Shown one piece after another: positions 16,076 through 19,898 of a stretch of DNA of 19,898 nucleotides. A program made the translations under genes and the position numbers. Source of the stretch: Promethearchaeota archaeon. GTDB taxonomy: Archaea > Asgardarchaeota > Lokiarchaeia > Sigyniarchaeales > SOKP01. Within the stretch, counting starts at the first letter, position 1; each line of letters opens with the position of its first letter. The notes beneath the pieces were generated by a model that was not told where the DNA came from, searched no databases, and saw only the letters and a list, made by a program, of their open reading frames with translations. The DNA lies in NCBI GenBank assembly GCA_048937405.1, contig JBHLNF010000009.1, positions 203,196 through 223,093 of the forward strand, in the 5' to 3' direction.

Positions 16076-18718
16076 ATGTCAAAAAAATTATTAATTGTTT
16101 CTGTTATATTACTTGGGTTAGGTTCAGGTTTGATACCTGGAGGTATCATAATAGAGAATTATATTAATCAGAGAGTAGCAAATTCTGTTGATGAAGGACT
16201 ATTAGGAATTGAAGAAGAAGCGATTCCATTAATCGTGCCAATGATTAAAGATAAAGGAATTCCAAGAACACTCAGAAAAATTAGAGATGGAACAATTCCT
16301 ATAATTGAACAGACGATTAAAGAGAAGGGTATCCCACAGACACTAAGAGGCATAAGAGATGCAGCTATTCCAATCATTGAACCGATGATTAAAGAAAAGG
16401 GCATCCCACAGGTGTTAAGGGGCATTAGAGATACAGGAATTTTGTTTGTAGAAGATATGGTTGAAGCTACATTTGTAGCCGTGTTATTTGAAGTAATTGC
16501 TATAACTGGTGGTAATGTTTCAGGAACCCCTTTTGGACCTATAGGTATGGAGGCCTTCTTTAATGATCCTAATGCAGCTTGGGTCCTTGTATTTTCCAGT
16601 ATTTCAAAATTTCATGGCGAAAATCTTAGTTATACAGTAGATGCTCAAAATAGGATCTTATATGGAAACAGCACTACAGTCCCTGGTTATATTCCTGGTA
16701 TTCAAGGATTTCTTAATGATACATCAACAGGTGCAGGTGTGACAAAATTTTTAGAACAATATTACGCTGCTAATTCAAGTAGTACTCCTGATTTAAATAT
16801 GACAATGCAAGAAAAGTATAATTGTACTTGGTATCAACTTACTAAACTTGAAGAGTATGTAATGGATTTTATGATCAATTATGCAATCCCCCTTGTTATT
16901 GAGAATAATCTTCATGTTGAGTATATGCCCGAATTAGCAGGACTTCTTTCAGTTAATGCTATTGCAAGAGCTATGTTCATGGAACAATGGGCTAATGGTA
17001 CAATATTAGGTGATGTATTATATCCAGGAGGAATTGATTTTAGTGAAATGCTCGAAAGTGTAAATGAAAGTCTTGTTGGATTTGAGGTAGGACACCCATT
17101 CCCATCTAACATTACTCGAAAAGTAGCTTATGCGCTCTTCAATGATTCTTTATACTCAAATGCATTAACCAACGACACGGGAATTGAAATTTGGATTGAA
17201 GCTTATACAAATAATATAGTTAAAGAAATATTAAGAAATGAATTTAATCTGACCCAGACTCAAATGGAAATGATCCTCTCTTGGTTATTCGAAGAGTCAT
17301 TTAAGGATAATGTTGTTCCTGAACTCATGAAACTACCTCCTCCAGATGGAGTAGGTATGGGTGTAACTGAATATGCGAGAGTTCTTCTTTTAGAACAATG
17401 GACTAATGGCACAATATTAGGTGAAGTTATGTACCCGGGTGGAATTGATTTTAGTGAAATGCTTAAAGGAGTAACTCAAACTCTCGTTGGATTTGAAATA
17501 GGTCGTGAATCACCCTCAAACATAACACTGGATTCCGCTTTGGCACTCTTTGATGAAATCAACTACCCACATGCCTTAACTAATGATGATGGGATTGAAA
17601 CATGGATCTCTGCTTATACAAACGATACTACTAAAGATACATTGATAAATGAATTTAATCTGACCCTAACTCAGATGGATTTAATTCTCTATTGGCTATT
17701 CGATGAATCTTTTAAAGAGAATATCGTTCCTGAACTCATGAAATTACCCCCTCCGGATGGAGTTGGTAAAAATATAACAGAATACGCATTAGAACTTTTA
17801 ATGGAACAATGGGCTAATGGCACAATATTAGGTGAAGTTATGTACCCGGGTGGAATTGATTTTAGTGAGATGCGTGAAGAAATAACTCAAACTCTCGTTG
17901 GATTTGAAGTAGGGCGAACTTTTCCTTCTAATATTACACTTAAAATAGCTTTAGCACTCTTTGATGAAATTAATTACCCACATGCCTTAACTAATAAGAC
18001 AGGGATTATATCTTGGATCTCTGCTTATACAAACGATACTACTAAAGATACATTGATAAGTGAATTCAATCTGACTCAAGCTCAGATGGATTTAATCCTT
18101 TATTGGCTATTCGATGAATCTTTTAAAGAGAATATGGTTCCTGAGCTCATGAAATTACCTCCTCCCGATGGAGTTAGTATGAACATCACAGAATATGCAA
18201 GAGTTCTATTTTTAGAACAGTGGGCAAATGGTACGTCAGAAGGAGAAATTCTCTATCCTTATGGATATCCACTTTCATTAAAAGCTGGTATAATTTATGG
18301 CCTTGAAGTAGGATATCAGGGTAAGGACATGGCAGTATTGCCTACTAATATGTCATTAAAATCAGCTGAAAAACTATGGAATAATTCAAACGAATATTCA
18401 ATAGTGAATAAAGTAGGTCTTAAAAAATGGTTTACAGCAGTAAATAGTCCTAATTCATCAATAGCTAATGATTTGCAATCTACCAATTACTTAGAAAAAG
18501 ATGAAATGAATATGATTTTAAATTGGTTACCAAAGTTCAGAAATAATGTTATGCCATATCTCGCTCAAGAAGAAATGAATTTACCTTCAGATTCAAATAC
18601 ATATGCTAATTCAATCAAACTTGGAATGGGAATTCCCGGAGGGATTTCTATTGGCCTTGGTTTAGCAGGTATTACTAGTTTTGTAATTGTAAGAAAAAAA
18701 TCTAAAATAGTTCAATAA
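16076..18718 (+). CDS. Large repeat-containing cell-surface glycoprotein anchored by N- and C-terminal TM helices
   Basis: The ATG at 16076 follows an AGGTG SD (the track starts at GTG 16067). Hydrophobic termini carry Lys-rich short tails; there are more than 25 N-x-S/T sequons and internal 24-aa and 137-aa repeats. Confidence 0.85.
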   Translation: MSKKLLIVSVILLGLGSGLIPGGIIIENYINQRVANSVDEGLLGIEEEAIPLIVPMIKDKGIPRTLRKIRDGTIPIIEQTIKEKGIPQTLRGIRDAAIPIIEPMIKEKGIPQVLRGIRDTGILFVEDMVEATFVAVLFEVIAITGGNVSGTPFGPIGMEAFFNDPNAAWVLVFSSISKFHGENLSYTVDAQNRILYGNSTTVPGYIPGIQGFLNDTSTGAGVTKFLEQYYAANSSSTPDLNMTMQEKYNCTWYQLTKLEEYVMDFMINYAIPLVIENNLHVEYMPELAGLLSVNAIARAMFMEQWANGTILGDVLYPGGIDFSEMLESVNESLVGFEVGHPFPSNITRKVAYALFNDSLYSNALTNDTGIEIWIEAYTNNIVKEILRNEFNLTQTQMEMILSWLFEESFKDNVVPELMKLPPPDGVGMGVTEYARVLLLEQWTNGTILGEVMYPGGIDFSEMLKGVTQTLVGFEIGRESPSNITLDSALALFDEINYPHALTNDDGIETWISAYTNDTTKDTLINEFNLTLTQMDLILYWLFDESFKENIVPELMKLPPPDGVGKNITEYALELLMEQWANGTILGEVMYPGGIDFSEMREEITQTLVGFEVGRTFPSNITLKIALALFDEINYPHALTNKTGIISWISAYTNDTTKDTLISEFNLTQAQMDLILYWLFDESFKENMVPELMKLPPPDGVSMNITEYARVLFLEQWANGTSEGEILYPYGYPLSLKAGIIYGLEVGYQGKDMAVLPTNMSLKSAEKLWNNSNEYSIVNKVGLKKWFTAVNSPNSSIANDLQSTNYLEKDEMNMILNWLPKFRNNVMPYLAQEEMNLPSDSNTYANSIKLGMGIPGGISIGLGLAGITSFVIVRKKSKIVQ
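16220..16435 (+). repeat. Three tandem 72-nt (24-aa) coding repeats
   Basis: AIPLIVPMIKDKGIPRTLRKIRDG / TIPIIEQTIKEKGIPQTLRGIRDA / AIPIIEPMIKEKGIPQVLRGIRDT, starting at 16220, 16292 and 16364. Confidence 0.92.
16982..18560 (+). repeat. 411-nt (137-aa) tandem coding repeats: three well-conserved copies plus a diverged fourth
   Basis: EQW(A/T)NGT codons start at 16982, 17393, 17804 and 18215, an exact 411-nt period. Confidence 0.95.
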
Positions 18719-18949
18719 ATCTCTAATTTTTTTATTTAATATACAAAAAATAGATATCCCTTCATTTTTTGTAGATATTGAATATATTAACATTATCGAA
18801 TTACCTATATTAAAGATAACCGACTAAGTATAATTTCATTCAAATTGGATTAAATAAATATAAAAATCTTCAATTAAACTTGAGAGTTAAATCGAAAGTA
18901 ACATATAAATTCTTAATGAATAGTCTTTTAAAAGTGGTATTTTTAAAAA

Positions 18950-19609
18950 ATGTCTTATGTTTATATGAAAGCATTGGAAACTAAAGCAGAAAAATATGAT
19001 AAAGGAATAAAGAATATAACATTAGGACGTTTACCAAAAATTAAAAAATATATTGCAGATAATTTAGTTTATGAGAATGAGAATCTTTTAGATATTGGTA
19101 TGGGAACGGGAACGTTCGCTATTTTATGTGCTAAAAAAGGAATAAATATTACTGGCATTGACTATTCAGAAAAAATGCTTGAAGTTGCAAAGAAAAATAT
19201 TGAACAAGAAGGCTTAACTGAAAGTATTCAAATTATTGAAATGCCAGTTATTGAATTAGATGAGAAATTTGCTGAAAAATCTTTTGATAAAATAACAGCT
19301 ATACTATCATTCAGTGAGTTATACCAAAAAGAACAAGATTATACTTTAAGTCAAATATATCGGATTCTAAAAGAAAATGGCGAATTTATACTTGTAGATG
19401 AAGTAAAACCCAAAAAACTTTGGAAAAAAATTATTTATTTTATTATTAGAATACCACTTGTGCTAATTACATTTTTAAAATCTCAGTTAACAACAAAGAG
19501 ATTAAAGGACATTGAAAAAAGATTAGAAGCACATAATTTTAAAATTATTGAAGAAAAATTATACCTATTAGATACATTAAAATTATTTAGAACTAAAAAA
19601 ATGGATTGA
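18950..19609 (+). CDS. cpaM: Class I SAM-dependent methyltransferase resembling the corrinoid protein-associated methyltransferase (CpaM) family
   Basis: SAM motif LLDIGMGTG, GIDYSEKML.VAKK, FDKI, LKENGEFILVDE. The N-terminus MSYVYMKALE....YDKGI..ITLG and LSFSEL resemble CpaM as I recall it, and the gene overlaps a corrinoid-protein gene. Confidence 0.72.
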   Translation: MSYVYMKALETKAEKYDKGIKNITLGRLPKIKKYIADNLVYENENLLDIGMGTGTFAILCAKKGINITGIDYSEKMLEVAKKNIEQEGLTESIQIIEMPVIELDEKFAEKSFDKITAILSFSELYQKEQDYTLSQIYRILKENGEFILVDEVKPKKLWKKIIYFIIRIPLVLITFLKSQLTTKRLKDIEKRLEAHNFKIIEEKLYLLDTLKLFRTKKMD

Positions 19610-19898
19610 AACTAAAATTGATAATAAAAAAAGCATTAAATTTATTTGGAGGATATTTCTTTCGATGGGTAGGGTTTTCTACCGAACCAGATCTTATTAA
19701 GATTGGAAATCCAGATAAGAAAAGCCCTGTATTTTTGACATGTAACTTCAGTATTACTGTAAAAAGAGTTCTAAAAGCATTAAAGGGTCTTGACTGTTAT
19801 TTACTCATTGCTCCTTCAAAGGGAATAAATGTTTGGTGTGGAGCTTGCGGGGATGATTTTACGACAGATTCTGTCATTTCTATAATTAAAATCAGTGG
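19606..19898 (+). CDS. 5' part of an HgcA-like (CdhD/CFeSP-family) corrinoid-binding protein, possibly an HgcAB-like fusion; truncated by the window edge
   Basis: Frame +1 is open from TTG at 19606 to the end: MKLKLIIKKALNLFGGYFFRWVGFSTEPDLIKIGNPDKKSPVFLTCNFSITVKRVLKALKGLDCYLLIAPSKGINVWCGACGDDFTTDSVISIIKIS. It matches the HgcA pattern G.PD..SPVL.T.N......L...L....LL...+GINVWC. Confidence 0.88.
   Translation, partial: MKLKLIIKKALNLFGGYFFRWVGFSTEPDLIKIGNPDKKSPVFLTCNFSITVKRVLKALKGLDCYLLIAPSKGINVWCGACGDDFTTDSVISIIKIS

Noticed and set aside
9711-17112. Antisense ORFs at 9711-9893, 14084-14332, 14642-15247, 15788-15982, 16168-16425 and 16912-17112
   Set aside because: They are shadows of real genes. 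The 201-aa F/S/C-rich ORF is simply the reverse complement of the E/K/R tract.
16220-18560. Tandem repeats as a CRISPR array or a diversity-generating retroelement TR/VR pair
   Set aside because: The units are in-frame multiples of three with no unique spacers, differences are not confined to adenines, and no cas or reverse transcriptase gene is present.
19606-19898. Calling the gene a bona fide hgcA mercury methylase
   Set aside because: The cap-helix motif is non-canonical, and the TM region and hgcB are outside the window. Only family-level similarity is supported.
1-19898. tRNA, rRNA, riboswitch or SECIS elements
   Set aside because: No GC-rich structured non-coding stretch was seen other than the 10196-10219 hairpin, and there is no convincing in-frame TGA read-through. 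A covariance-model scan would be needed to exclude these fully.

Overview
AT-rich, densely coding prokaryotic DNA that looks like an Asgard archaeon of the Lokiarchaeia (Promethearchaeota) type. That placement is an inference from three things: a Rab-like small GTPase, a Loki-type 'EFWxHCSNLQxW' domain, and a wHTH-V4R regulator with TATA/BRE promoters. The left half is mostly metabolic: SagB-type nitroreductase, membrane-anchored PQQ-type sugar dehydrogenase, ZIP transporter, malic enzyme, ADP-forming acyl-CoA synthetase alpha subunit, radical SAM/SPASM enzyme, GapN and a HAD hydrolase. The most interesting items were missed or not explained by the ORF track. (1) At the right edge, a SAM methyltransferase of the CpaM type is translationally coupled to an uncalled, truncated HgcA-like corrinoid protein with a variant cap-helix motif, GINVWCGACG. 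(2) A two-TM, heavily sequon-bearing surface protein built from 72-nt and 411-nt tandem repeats is divergently paired with a wHTH-V4R regulator, across two identical back-to-back TATA boxes and a perfect 7-7-7 operator. (3) An intact Rab-like ORF has four of its five G motifs degenerate. (4) An uncalled 50-aa four-Cys microprotein lies near the radical SAM gene. (5) A solo IS200/IS605-type end follows gapN. All calls come from motif recognition only; no searches were run.
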